Notes under the pieces: model-generated
Database searches by the model: none
Told to the model about the DNA's origin: nothing
What the model saw: only the letters and a program-made list of their open reading frames with translations
Origin: an uncultured delta proteobacterium
GTDB lineage: Bacteria; Desulfobacterota; Desulfomonilia; UBA1062
Assembly (NCBI GenBank): GCA_963752595.1
Contig: CAVVYZ010000005.1
Location: 224,001-288,000 of the forward strand
Reading direction: 5' to 3'
DNA length: 64,000 nucleotides
Shown: piece after piece, positions 20,294 through 30,251 of the stretch
Numbering within the stretch: position 1 is the first letter of the stretch
How the letters are laid out: every line of letters starts with the position of its first letter
Made by a program: the position numbers and the translations under genes

Positions 20294-21245
20294 CTAGAAT
20301 GTAACCTCAACCCGTGAAGCAGCAATTATAGTGCCAAATATCTGTTTTCCTGATGCGGCATTCCTGACCGGTATGCGCTCATGGAGGTAGCCGTCCTTCA
20401 AAGCAATACCCTTATCCCTGATGACCAGGCCTTCTGCGCGGGCTTCGATGGCTACTAGTTCACCTCTGTTGATCACAGGAGGCTGTTCGATATTGGATTT
20501 GAGAATGGGTTTACCTGTCTGCAACATAGTCTTGGCGCGCTTCCCGAGGCAATCCCCTTTATCGGTGATGATGAGCGGAGAGATCGATATATCTATTTGC
20601 TGCATCTCGATATCTGCCTCAGAGATGACTGCTCCACGGGCAATATTGGCCTTTGCAAGTGGTACCTCTGCAATGACCTGGATCTTTCCGCTTACACGGA
20701 TGACCGTGGGTGTCGTTTCCAAGCCGAAGGTAATACTTGCCGTTGTCAGACCTAAAAAATCCTCCCGGGGGGAAAATTTTGCCTGGATGAGATCCCTGTC
20801 TTTTTCCGGGACTGAGACATATGGAGGGGCCTTTACATCCTTGAATTACAAGGCTTCCCTTTTCTTTCCAGGGGCTGTTCTTCATGACTGCATCCTTATA
20901 GACGGCCTCCAGCTCTTCTCCTGGTATTTTCGTCAATTTCTCAGACACATATACATTCGGAGAGCCTTTCATGGTTGCCTGCCATCCCGGATGATATTCC
21001 CTGATCTTCTGAGCCACAAAGGCAGAGGAAAGATTGACGCCGATCTGCCCCCTCGGCGATTTCATAAGCGCTGTCAGGCCGAGTTCCAGTTCATTCGGCC
21101 CTTGGAGTGCTGCAACATCCTTAAGATATATCTGCTTTCCGGACACAAAGGCCTTCTCACTCAGTGTCACCACATCGGCGCTTTCTGCCGTAATGGGCTT
21201 AAACAGAGGCAGGAGCATGAACACGGCAAGACATAAACGTTTCAT
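20294..21245 (-). pseudogene. flgA: P-ring formation chaperone FlgA, frameshifted near 20845 (probably an assembly error)
   Basis: Signal peptide, N-domain and C-terminal SAF/FlgA domain (INRGELV, GIALKDG, VRN..SGK) in two frames; lies between flgG and flgH. Confidence 0.85.
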
Positions 21246-21253
21246 TATTTACC

Positions 21254-22036
21254 CTATCTCGTGAGGCTGGTCACGACCTGCAGCATGGAGTCTGCTGTCT
21301 TGATGGTCTTGGAATTCATCTCATATGCCCTTTGTCCGACGATCATATTGATCATCTCCTCAATGGCATCCACATTGGACATCTCAAGGTATCCCTGCAT
21401 AGTAGTTCCGTAATTTTCCGTCCCGGCAACCCCCTGGATCGGGTCTCCGGATGCAGGAGTGGCGACATATGCGTTCATACCGATCGATTTCAGGCCGGCA
21501 GGGTTGGTAAACGTATAAAGCGGTATCTGACCGGTAACAAGAACCTCGCCAGCAGAAGACATACAGGTGATTTCACCGTTTTTCGCGACAGCGACGTTGG
21601 CCGTATTTGCAGGTATAGCAAAATCGGGCTGCAGTCTTTCTCCGCGGGCATTCACGATATACCCGTTGCTGTCTCTTTTGAAAGAGCCGTCCCGCGTATA
21701 GATCTCGCCGTTTTCAGTCATGACCTGGAAAAATCCGTCACCTTCAATGGCAATGTCCAGATCACCTTTTGTCTCAACGTAATCACCTTGGGAGAACATT
21801 TTCTGAACCGATGTCGGCTTGGTCCCCATTCCTACCTGAACCCCGACGGGTACTGTCCCGCCTGCTGCAGTGGGAGCGCCCTTGTCACGATACGTGGCGT
21901 AAAAGAGATCTTCGAAATTTGCCCTGCTTTTTTTGAAGCCGGTGGTACTTACGTTTGCCAGATTGTTTGCCATGACATCGATCATGAGCTGCTGAGAGCT
22001 CATACCTGTTGCAGCTGTCCACATTGCGCGTATCAT
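21254..22036 (-). CDS. flgG: Flagellar distal rod protein
   Basis: ANNLANVSTTGFKK, DIAIEGDGFF, YTRDGSF and GYLEMSNV. Confidence 0.96.
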   Translation of the reverse strand: MIRAMWTAATGMSSQQLMIDVMANNLANVSTTGFKKSRANFEDLFYATYRDKGAPTAAGGTVPVGVQVGMGTKPTSVQKMFSQGDYVETKGDLDIAIEGDGFFQVMTENGEIYTRDGSFKRDSNGYIVNARGERLQPDFAIPANTANVAVAKNGEITCMSSAGEVLVTGQIPLYTFTNPAGLKSIGMNAYVATPASGDPIQGVAGTENYGTTMQGYLEMSNVDAIEEMINMIVGQRAYEMNSKTIKTADSMLQVVTSLTR

Positions 22037-22054
22037 TTCTGTTCCCTCCTTTGG

Positions 22055-22792
22055 TTAAGCAACTGTCCCTACATTGCGCATTGATTGCGCACTGATATCG
22101 TTGAATGCCTTTATGATTTTCTGATACGACTCATACGCCCTTTGCGTTGTGATAAGACCTATCATCTCTGTAACCGGGTCGACATTGGATGCCTCGATGT
22201 ACCCCTGGCGGATACCCGGATTTTCTACGGTTTCGGGGGTGTATCCTTCCCCGACAGAAAAGAGTGAATTGCCTTGTCGTACAAGGCCTTCTTCCGGGAT
22301 CGAGCTTACCTGCAGTACGTCAACGGTATTTCCATCAACCATGACCGTTCCGCGGGAATCTATCGCGACCTTTCCATTCCCCAGGGCGATATCCCCACCC
22401 TGCCCCTGTACGGTATAGCCCTGAGGGGTAACGAGTAAGCCCTCAGGTGAGACGGTAAACGTGCCGGCCCGTGTATATCTGATACCGTCCGGAGTGCTGA
22501 CAGCGAAAAATCCTTCGCCTGCAATAGCTGAATCGAGAGGATTGCCGGTATCACGGAACCCTCCCTGCAGGGCATCGATATATTGTCTGCCGACCACAAC
22601 ATCTACCGGTGTTGCACGGTACTGCCCGGGAGAGAGTTTGGACGTATCGAGATTCTTCTGAAAATCCTCAAAAACGACCGCATCTTTTTTGAAGCCTGCA
22701 GTGTTTACGTTTGCCAGATTGTTTGCAATGATGGACAATCTTTCTTCCATGGCCATTGCACCGGCTGCTGCTGTGTAAATGCCCTGATCCAT
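22055..22792 (-). CDS. flgF: Flagellar proximal rod protein
   Basis: IANNLANVNTAGFKK, TGNPLD.AI.GEGFF, YTRAG and EASNVDPV; upstream of flgG. Confidence 0.92.
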   Translation of the reverse strand: MDQGIYTAAAGAMAMEERLSIIANNLANVNTAGFKKDAVVFEDFQKNLDTSKLSPGQYRATPVDVVVGRQYIDALQGGFRDTGNPLDSAIAGEGFFAVSTPDGIRYTRAGTFTVSPEGLLVTPQGYTVQGQGGDIALGNGKVAIDSRGTVMVDGNTVDVLQVSSIPEEGLVRQGNSLFSVGEGYTPETVENPGIRQGYIEASNVDPVTEMIGLITTQRAYESYQKIIKAFNDISAQSMRNVGTVA

Positions 22793-22817
22793 ACCTTCTC
22801 CTTCCCGCAATCCTATG

Positions 22818-22833
22818 AGCAAGGGGAATGCCA
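22818..22833 (-). promoter_or_regulatory. Sigma54 (RpoN) -24/-12 promoter of the flgF operon
   Basis: Minus strand TGGCATTCCCCTTGCT (GG-N10-GC), 25 nt upstream of the flgF ATG. Confidence 0.8.
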
Positions 22834-22970
22834 GGGCCGTGAATGCGCTTTTTGAGCGGTTTATCGAATCCAAGGGGGGGAATTTTTTTCCTCAAACCAG
22901 GTTGACTTATGTAATTTCCTGTCTTAAAGGCTTTTCCGCAGTGGTTGATATTTCCTCCTTCACAATACAC

Positions 22971-22997
22971 TAAAGATAATTAGGTACATACCGATCA
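22971..22997 (+). promoter_or_regulatory. Sigma28-type promoter of the orf-flgM unit
   Basis: TAAA-15 nt-ACCGATCA. Confidence 0.7.
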
Positions 22998-23033
22998 GTA
23001 AGTGTACAGCTAGAGAACGATGAAGGAGTATCT

Positions 23034-23249
23034 ATGGAGGTCAAGAGCATCTTTGTGAATCTCATCATGAAAAACTATGAGAAGCATGGTTCCGTCAAAC
23101 CGGCGCAAACGCAGCAGGACGCGACGGGAAAGGAATCCGCTCTTGTCATGGTCTCCATATCCCCTCAAGCAAGTAAACGATTATTTGGTGAACTCATGGA
23201 GCATAGTTTGAAAAAAGGGTTAAGCGGGGTTCGGAAAGATGAAAATTAA
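23034..23249 (+). CDS. Small FlgM-associated hypothetical protein (DVU0524-like)
   Basis: 71-aa ORF with AAGGAG RBS, VSISPQASKR motif, overlaps the flgM start. Confidence 0.65.
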   Translation: MEVKSIFVNLIMKNYEKHGSVKPAQTQQDATGKESALVMVSISPQASKRLFGELMEHSLKKGLSGVRKDEN

Positions 23250-23547
23250 TAATAATACCAATATCGAGGCACTCAAGGCATATGGAGCAACAGCTTCGGA
23301 GCGTCCGCAGCTTACACGGGAAACAGGCGGAAGCAAGCAGAGTTCGGGCTCAATTATCGACAAGATCAATATTTCATCCAAGGTGAAAATGTTTCAAGAC
23401 ATAAGACAGGCTGCTCTTGACGCACCTGAAATACGAATTGATAAAATCAACGACATCGAGAAGAAGATCACAAACGGCTCCTATAGTCCGGACTACAACG
23501 CAATTGCTGATAAGCTACTTAGTCCGAACATCAGCGCCAAGATCTGA
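23239..23547 (+). CDS. flgM: Anti-sigma28 factor FlgM
   Basis: DKINIS, PEIRIDKI..I...I.NGSY.PD...IADKLL. Confidence 0.9.
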   Translation: MKINNNTNIEALKAYGATASERPQLTRETGGSKQSSGSIIDKINISSKVKMFQDIRQAALDAPEIRIDKINDIEKKITNGSYSPDYNAIADKLLSPNISAKI

Positions 23548-23799
23548 AAGCTTCTTTAAGAGTTTTGTCGATTCGATGTAGTCCAGATAAGTACCTATGA
23601 ACAGGTCTTTCCGTACGCGATATACATGAAGGCTCGTATAGAGCCTGTTCCACTGGTCGGAGCCGGTAATATTTTCGGATATTTTTCCCCACAGGATTGA
23701 CCGGTCATCTTCTGCAGGATTTTCGAGTACATCCATACGCATCAGATAGTCAATGAGGACGAAATATACGTCCATGTCCAGTGCCCTCGTTCTCCGCAT
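23515..23799 (-). CDS. Hypothetical protein
   Basis: 94-aa ORF with plausible RBS (AGAGG); no recognisable motif. Confidence 0.45.
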   Translation of the reverse strand: MRRTRALDMDVYFVLIDYLMRMDVLENPAEDDRSILWGKISENITGSDQWNRLYTSLHVYRVRKDLFIGTYLDYIESTKLLKKLSDLGADVRTK

Positions 23800-23990
23800 T
23801 GAACATTCCTCTGGGGACCATGGCCAAGAATTCGGTAATCCTCTGAAAAAGGAATCTTTCTGAGTTAGAAATCACTAATGGAGTACACGCCTTCCAGGCC
23901 TCTGACTCCCTTGCTCAGCGCCCGGAAAAATGGATAGTATATACAAGGTATTTGTGGTAATCAATCATTCCTTGCAGCCGCTGTTGGGGG

Positions 23991-24758
23991 ATGAAAGAAA
24001 GGAGCGTTATATTGGTGCCTTGCATTACGATACAGGGTAACACCTATGAAACCGATCTCGTCATCCTCGACAAGGACGGCACCCTCCTTGACTTCAGAGA
24101 AACCTGGATCGGGATCTTCAGAGATTTCTTTGTCATCTTGGGGCAGTACATCCCTGTAACTCAGGGCCTCAAGGAAAGGATCGAATCTGCCCTGGGGATC
24201 TTTGTGGACAAAAATCATATTGACGGCAACGGTGCCATTGCCATGGGCACCTTTACGGAGTGCAACGCGTTATTGACGTATTCCCTGTACCGGGAAGGCC
24301 TCCGGTGGGACAGCGCCCAGGCCATCGTGGAAAAGGTGGGCGGGCAGGCCTTCAATTCAGAGGCACGCAAGAAGCATCTAAAGCCTGCCCGCGGGGGAGT
24401 GGAGCTCCTGAAGACATTGAAGTCGCGCGGTATCGGAATTGCAGTTGCTACCAATGACAAGTATGCCGACGCCCTGGTGGATATGGAGTATATAGGAACA
24501 TTGCCCTTCATCGATCTCGTGGTCGGGGCTGACAGTGTCGAGCACTCGAAACCTGCCCCGGATATGGTTGAAAAGATCTGCTCTATCCTGGGGAAGAGCG
24601 CGCACCGGTCGGTCCTGATCGGAGATACGGTCATGGATGCAATGCTGGGAAAGAACTCGGGTGTGATGCTTACTGTCGGCGTATGCGGCATTGTCCCGGA
24701 GAAGGAACTGGGAGAGCATATGAACCTGGTAATCTCAAGCCTTGAGGAGATTGCCTGA
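23991..24758 (+). CDS. HAD-superfamily hydrolase (phosphoglycolate phosphatase-like)
   Basis: DKDGTLLD, ATND, KPAPD and IGDTVMD motifs. Confidence 0.9.
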   Translation: MKERSVILVPCITIQGNTYETDLVILDKDGTLLDFRETWIGIFRDFFVILGQYIPVTQGLKERIESALGIFVDKNHIDGNGAIAMGTFTECNALLTYSLYREGLRWDSAQAIVEKVGGQAFNSEARKKHLKPARGGVELLKTLKSRGIGIAVATNDKYADALVDMEYIGTLPFIDLVVGADSVEHSKPAPDMVEKICSILGKSAHRSVLIGDTVMDAMLGKNSGVMLTVGVCGIVPEKELGEHMNLVISSLEEIA

Positions 24759-24855
24759 GCCCTTGCCCTCACGCGAGGGAATTATCTTTTTGATCGCAAT
24801 GAAAAGCCTTCCCTTCCGTGTAGCAACTGCATCTCAAGACAGGCCTCCCCTGAAA

Positions 24856-25995
24856 TCATATGAGTTCGCTGTCGAGGAAAATGAGGATCAGTTTCGAGAA
24901 TAGTGCGGCATCGTATTCATGAGGAACCTTCTGCTTGATCTGCTTCAGGGCCTCCACCATGGACAGAGCCTTCCGGTATGGCCTCTGGGAGATCATTGCA
25001 TCGAAGGCATCCATAATCGCACATACCTTTACAAAAAAATGAATGTCCGATCCCTTTAATGAACCCGGATACCCGTTGCCGTCCAGCCTTTCGTGGTGAT
25101 CCATGATAATGTGAGCCATCTCCCGGGTGACGGACTGTGAGCTCTTCATGATATCCAGGCCCCAATGGGGATGCTGTCTGATCAGAGGCCAGACGGCATC
25201 GGTCAGCGGACCGGTGAAATCCACCACCTTCGCAGGCAAGCGCATCATCCCGACATTATGAAAAAAATATCCAAGAGAGATCTTTTCAAGGATATCCCGT
25301 GAGAGGTGTTCGAGGACCTTCATCACGAAAAAGGTGGAGAGAACCCCCACATTGAGCGAGTGCATAATCACACAGTCCGGATGCTCGGAGGTCTTGCAGA
25401 CATTGTCCTGTATGAGCGAGAAGATCTGCTTCAGCGTTTCCTTATCAGGGAGTATCTGTTCGGTCATGAGGGCTATAAGCTGCTTCATGCTTGCAATGGT
25501 AACTCTTTCCGGGCTCTTGTACGCAGATTTAAGCCTCCGGTAGGCCAGATAGTAAAAGATCTCTGCCTTCTCGGAAGGGTTCATCCGGGAATCAGCAATG
25601 ATCTCGTCGAGATTCTCATCCAAATAATATAAGAATTCCGCCCTGGAATCCTTTTTCAGGAAAACGGGTGGCGGCCCGGCATGAGGGTCATGGTCATCCC
25701 GGTCAAATACCCTGTTCGGTTCCAGGATCATGGAGATCTCTCCGGTCGGGTCCTTCCCGTATACGCCGAAGGGGATCCGCCTTCCCGCGCAGATCCAATG
25801 AACCGGTATGGAGTAGTAGCCCTGGGTTATCTGTCCGCGCGGACCTTCCTTTAGTATCCGGGCGAAGAGGTTTGTGCGGTTTCCTGAATCGAAACCCTGC
25901 CCCCGGGCGGCGTAGCAGTTAGCACCCGGACTCTGGGGCATCCTCATCGGCACCTGAATATCAAAGCCACTTCCCTGCGAGGATTCCATCAGCAT
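24856..25995 (-). CDS. HD-GYP domain protein with degenerate HD (HN)
   Basis: HSLNV, FFHNVG, HHERLDGNGYP and DAFDAM..RPY. Confidence 0.85.
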   Translation of the reverse strand: MLMESSQGSGFDIQVPMRMPQSPGANCYAARGQGFDSGNRTNLFARILKEGPRGQITQGYYSIPVHWICAGRRIPFGVYGKDPTGEISMILEPNRVFDRDDHDPHAGPPPVFLKKDSRAEFLYYLDENLDEIIADSRMNPSEKAEIFYYLAYRRLKSAYKSPERVTIASMKQLIALMTEQILPDKETLKQIFSLIQDNVCKTSEHPDCVIMHSLNVGVLSTFFVMKVLEHLSRDILEKISLGYFFHNVGMMRLPAKVVDFTGPLTDAVWPLIRQHPHWGLDIMKSSQSVTREMAHIIMDHHERLDGNGYPGSLKGSDIHFFVKVCAIMDAFDAMISQRPYRKALSMVEALKQIKQKVPHEYDAALFSKLILIFLDSELI

Positions 25996-26064
25996 CCTCC
26001 TCCTGACAAGGTATCATTTCACCGGATCTGCACTTGCCTTTCCGGATAGCGCTGTCCTTTCTCC

Positions 26065-26624
26065 TTATAGAACATTTACATCTCCCTTAAAGCTTTCCGC
26101 CTGAAAGGTCTCCAGAGAATCAGCCCGATCCCAGCCATTGGGTTCGAGGCCGACGGAATTGCCCAGGTACATCCGTATGCCGGAAGCATCCCATCCGTTC
26201 CTTGCCGCACTTTGCGGCATCAGAACCGCCTGGCGGAAATCCTTTCTCAAAATAAGGCCGTCAGTACCGATGATGAATTCCGAAAAATCAGCGATACGCC
26301 TGGGAACGGTGAGGGCAGAGATTTCGATTGCAGAAGAACCCGTCTCTTCTCGCGTGAGGGGCGAAAAACGTTGATCCCTGAAAGCGGCGTTCCGGGCATT
26401 CTCCATAACCGCCTTCCAGAGGGGAAGAATGGGCATGACATATCCCATGGAACCCTTGAGTATCTTATCGGAAAAATGCTGACAAACACCCCGTATTTTC
26501 CCTCTAATGCATCAGTCAATAAGTCCGCGTCAACAGGCTCGGGCGGCAAACCGATCAAAAGCTTCAGGATAGTCACCCGGGCAAGCCCCATGAGTGTCGT
26601 CTTTTCCCCAGTGGAAAGTCCCAT
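26065..26624 (-). pseudogene. AMMECR1/AmmeMemoRadiSam protein A-like, divergent, frameshifted near 26470
   Basis: LAR..I, GVFVSI, then LKGSMG, AAFRDQRF, IEISAL and G.DGLIL across two frames. Confidence 0.75.
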
Positions 26625-26796
26625 TTGTCTACCAAAATAAATTATATCACGGAAAATTTATAATGACACGGGAAATCCTCTCACTTCCTTACGTGTTTCA
26701 TCAAGGAATCCCGGGCCGGCCTCCATCCGGAGATAAACCGAATTCGCCATATCATGCTCCGGACACGATCGGATGGGCTTCTTTCCCATGAGTTTG

Positions 26797-26825
26797 TTGA
26801 CTCACCGCAGGAAATCCTCTATATA
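26797..26825 (+). promoter_or_regulatory. Putative sigma70 promoter of the lysS-lol-bam-lpx operon
   Basis: TTGACT-17 nt-TATATA. Confidence 0.55.
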
Positions 26826-26861
26826 GGCCTCGATTTCATTAAAATACAGGAGCTGCTGATC

Positions 26862-28340
26862 TTGGAAGATATAAATCGCCTGGTTAAACAAAGAATTGAA
26901 AAATACGATTCGATGAAGAGTGAAATGGGGGTCGTTCATTTCCCCAACACGTACCGTAAAGATACCGATATATCGGCCTTTATCGAAACCTACCAGGCAA
27001 AAAACAGTGAAGAATTACTTGAAGTGAAGACTGTGCACCGTATGACCGGCCGTATGATGGCCTTGCGCTCCTTTGGAAAGGCTGCTTTCATCCATTTTCA
27101 GGATTCCACGGGGACACTCCAGGCATTCTTTGAAAAGGCAAAGCTGGGAGACCAGGCCTATTCGCTTTTCAAAAAGCTTGATATCGGAGACATCATCGGT
27201 CTGTGGGGAACGCCCATCAAGACCCGTACCGGCGAGCTCAGCGTGTATGTCCAGGGGTTCGAACTCCTCACGAAATCATTCCGGCCGATGCCGGAGAAGT
27301 GGCATGGGCTCAAGGATGTAGATACGCGCTACCGGCAGCGGTACGTGGATCTCATCGTAACTCCGGAGGTCAAACAGACCTTCCTCCTGAGGACCAGGAT
27401 CATCGGCCGTTTACGGACATACATGGATTCGAACGGGTTCGTCGAGGTGGAGACGCCCATGATGCAGGCCATAGCGGGCGGCGCAACCGCCAAGCCCTTC
27501 CTCACGCATCATAACGCGCTTGATATGGACCTGTACTTGAGAATCGCACCGGAACTCTATCTGAAACGTCTCCTCGTAGGCGGCTTCGAGCGGGTGTACG
27601 AAATAAACCGCAACTTCAGAAACGAAGGCCTGTCCACACGGCATAACCCCGAGTTCACCATGATGGAGTTCTACCAGGCCTATGCCGACTATACAGACCT
27701 CATGCGGTTCACCGAGGTCATGATCTCGTCCATTGCCCGGGACGTGCTGGGCACAGAGGTCATCACCTACCAGGGAACCACGATCGACCTCTCCACCCCA
27801 TGGAAGCGCTATACGCTCAAAGATGCCACCGTTGAGGTGGGCAGGGTGCCGCGAGAAGTCATGGAGGACCGGGATAAGGCTGCAGCGTTCTCCAGGGAGC
27901 GCGGCTTCGACATAATCGGGAATGAGACACTGGGAGAATTACAGCTCATTCTCTTTGAACAGACTACGGAAGACAAGCTTGTCGGGCCGGTCTTCATCAC
28001 GTCCTATCCGACGGAGGTCTCACCGCTTTCCCGGAAGAACAACGAAGACCCGTCGATCGTCGACCGCTTTGAACTCTTTATTGCCGGCAGGGAGATCGCC
28101 AATGCATTCAGCGAACTGAACGACCCCTTTGACCAGCGTGAACGGTTTGCCTTACAGCTTCAGAAAAAAGAAGGGCCGTCTGAAATGGACGAGGACTACA
28201 TAAGAGCCCTCGAATACGGAATGCCGCCTGCTGCCGGTGAGGGAATCGGCATCGACAGGTTGGTCATGCTTCTGACGGACAGTCCTTCGATCCGAGACGT
28301 AATCCTATTCCCCCTGCTTCGTAAAGGAGAGGTATCCTGA
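26862..28340 (+). CDS. lysS: Lysine-tRNA ligase (class II)
   Basis: [40 protein letters not shown] and GIGIDRL; probable TTG start after AGGAG. Confidence 0.97.
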   Translation: MEDINRLVKQRIEKYDSMKSEMGVVHFPNTYRKDTDISAFIETYQAKNSEELLEVKTVHRMTGRMMALRSFGKAAFIHFQDSTGTLQAFFEKAKLGDQAYSLFKKLDIGDIIGLWGTPIKTRTGELSVYVQGFELLTKSFRPMPEKWHGLKDVDTRYRQRYVDLIVTPEVKQTFLLRTRIIGRLRTYMDSNGFVEVETPMMQAIAGGATAKPFLTHHNALDMDLYLRIAPELYLKRLLVGGFERVYEINRNFRNEGLSTRHNPEFTMMEFYQAYADYTDLMRFTEVMISSIARDVLGTEVITYQGTTIDLSTPWKRYTLKDATVEVGRVPREVMEDRDKAAAFSRERGFDIIGNETLGELQLILFEQTTEDKLVGPVFITSYPTEVSPLSRKNNEDPSIVDRFELFIAGREIANAFSELNDPFDQRERFALQLQKKEGPSEMDEDYIRALEYGMPPAAGEGIGIDRLVMLLTDSPSIRDVILFPLLRKGEVS

Positions 28341-29572
28341 GATTTGAATTTCTCGTTGCCAAAAAGTATCTGAGGGCGAAAAAGAGCCAGGGCTTCATCA
28401 GCTTCACCTCCGGACTCTCTGTGTTCGGCATCGCTATCGGCGTTATGGCCCTCATCGTCGTGCTGTCCGTGATGAACGGCTTTGAAGAGGATATCAAGAC
28501 CAAGATCCTCGGGACCCAGTCCCACATTGTGATTTCCACCTATCAGGGAGGCATCGCCGATTCCGAGAGGCTCGAAAAAGCCATTGCCCAGGACCCTGAT
28601 GTCATGGGCGCAGCCCCGTTCATTCTTTCCCAAGGTCTGCTGTCCGCTCCCGGGGGTATTTCCGGCGTGGTCATCAGGGGCATAGAGCCGAAGAGCGCTG
28701 CAAAGGTCATTCGCCTCAAGGAAATAATCGTACAGGGAAGCTTCCAGAACTTAAGCTCCACAGGAATCCTCGTCGGGTCCGAGCTGGCCATGCATTCGGG
28801 GATTACTGTAGGAGACGCCGTGACCCTCATTTCGCCGGCAGGTGCCATAACCCCGCTCGGGATGATACCCAAATCCATGCAGTTTATCGTCAAAGGGATC
28901 TTTTCCACGGGCATGTACGAGTATGACAACAACATGATCTACATTTCCCTGAATGCGGCCAAAGCACTGTTCATGAAGGATGAGCCGTCAGGGATCGAGA
29001 TCAAGGTGAGCGATATCTACAGGGCCCAGGATATCGCGGAACGGATCATGTCACGCATCGGCCCCGGCTACTGGGCAAAGACCTGGAAAGACATGAACAT
29101 GAGCCTGTTCTCAGCACTCAAGCTGGAAAAAACCGTCATGTTCATCATCCTGCTGTTCATCATCCTGGTTGCTGCATTCAGCATCATCAGCACGCTCATC
29201 ATGCTGGTGATGGAAAAGAGAAAGGATATAGCCATTCTCAAGTCCATGGGTGCCACCACGGCGCAGATTTTGCGGATCTTTATGTCGATCGGCATGGTGA
29301 TCGGACTCTCAGGAACCATACTGGGGGTCGTTCTCGGTCTGCTCCTGACCTACAATCTCAATCCCGTCATACACTTTATCGAACTCATTTTCGGAATAGA
29401 GGTCATGCCCATTGACGTGTATTATATCACCGGGGTTCCCATCAAGGTGGATTACCTCCTGATAGGCATCATCGCCTTCATGTCAACAATCCTTTCCTTC
29501 CTGGCCGCCATCTACCCGGCCAGGCAGGCTGCACGACAAGACCCTGTCGAGGTAATGCGCTATGAAGGATAA
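28337..29572 (+). CDS. lolE: Lipoprotein-releasing ABC transporter permease (LolC/E/F)
   Basis: [40 protein letters not shown] and YPARQA; probable CTG start overlapping the lysS stop. Confidence 0.93.
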   Translation: MRFEFLVAKKYLRAKKSQGFISFTSGLSVFGIAIGVMALIVVLSVMNGFEEDIKTKILGTQSHIVISTYQGGIADSERLEKAIAQDPDVMGAAPFILSQGLLSAPGGISGVVIRGIEPKSAAKVIRLKEIIVQGSFQNLSSTGILVGSELAMHSGITVGDAVTLISPAGAITPLGMIPKSMQFIVKGIFSTGMYEYDNNMIYISLNAAKALFMKDEPSGIEIKVSDIYRAQDIAERIMSRIGPGYWAKTWKDMNMSLFSALKLEKTVMFIILLFIILVAAFSIISTLIMLVMEKRKDIAILKSMGATTAQILRIFMSIGMVIGLSGTILGVVLGLLLTYNLNPVIHFIELIFGIEVMPIDVYYITGVPIKVDYLLIGIIAFMSTILSFLAAIYPARQAARQDPVEVMRYEG

Positions 29573-30251
29573 AACCGCGGTTCTGGTGGAAGGGCTCACA
29601 AAATCCTTTACCAGAGGTCCTGCACATATCGACGTACTCAAGGGGATCAACCTGGAAGCATGGACAGGTGAAGGGATCGCCATCTTAGGAGCTTCAGGAA
29701 CGGGCAAGAGTACCCTGCTCCATCTCCTCGGAGGCCTGGAGCGCCCTGACGGGGGCAGGATTTTTTTTGAAGACAAAGATATCTGCCGCATGAACGACAG
29801 AGAAATTGCATCCTTCCGGAATACCCGGATCGGGTTCGTTTTCCAGTTTCACTTTCTCCTTCCCGAGTTCACTGCACTGGAAAACGTCATGGTGCCTGCA
29901 CTCATTCATTCGAAGAAAGACGACTCCATTCACGCAAGGGCGATGGAGCTTCTTTCGGCCGTGGGATTGAAAGAGCGGGTCGAGCATAAGCCGGGTGAGC
30001 TTTCCGGCGGCGAACAGCAGAGGGTGGCCATTGCCCGTGCGCTGATGATGTCACCGCAAGTGCTCCTGGCCGACGAGCCGACCGGAGATCTCGATCCCGG
30101 CACAGGCAGCCATGTGATACATCTTCTCTCGGATCTGAAATCGTCCATGGGAGTAACCATGATCGTAGCAACGCACAATATGGATCTTGCCCGGGCCATG
30201 GACAGGGTCCTGGTTCTCAAGGGAGGACATCTTGAACCCCATACGTTGTAA
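29562..30251 (+). CDS. lolD: Lipoprotein-releasing ABC transporter ATPase
   Basis: [34 protein letters not shown] and ADEPTG. Confidence 0.93.
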   Translation: MKDKTAVLVEGLTKSFTRGPAHIDVLKGINLEAWTGEGIAILGASGTGKSTLLHLLGGLERPDGGRIFFEDKDICRMNDREIASFRNTRIGFVFQFHFLLPEFTALENVMVPALIHSKKDDSIHARAMELLSAVGLKERVEHKPGELSGGEQQRVAIARALMMSPQVLLADEPTGDLDPGTGSHVIHLLSDLKSSMGVTMIVATHNMDLARAMDRVLVLKGGHLEPHTL

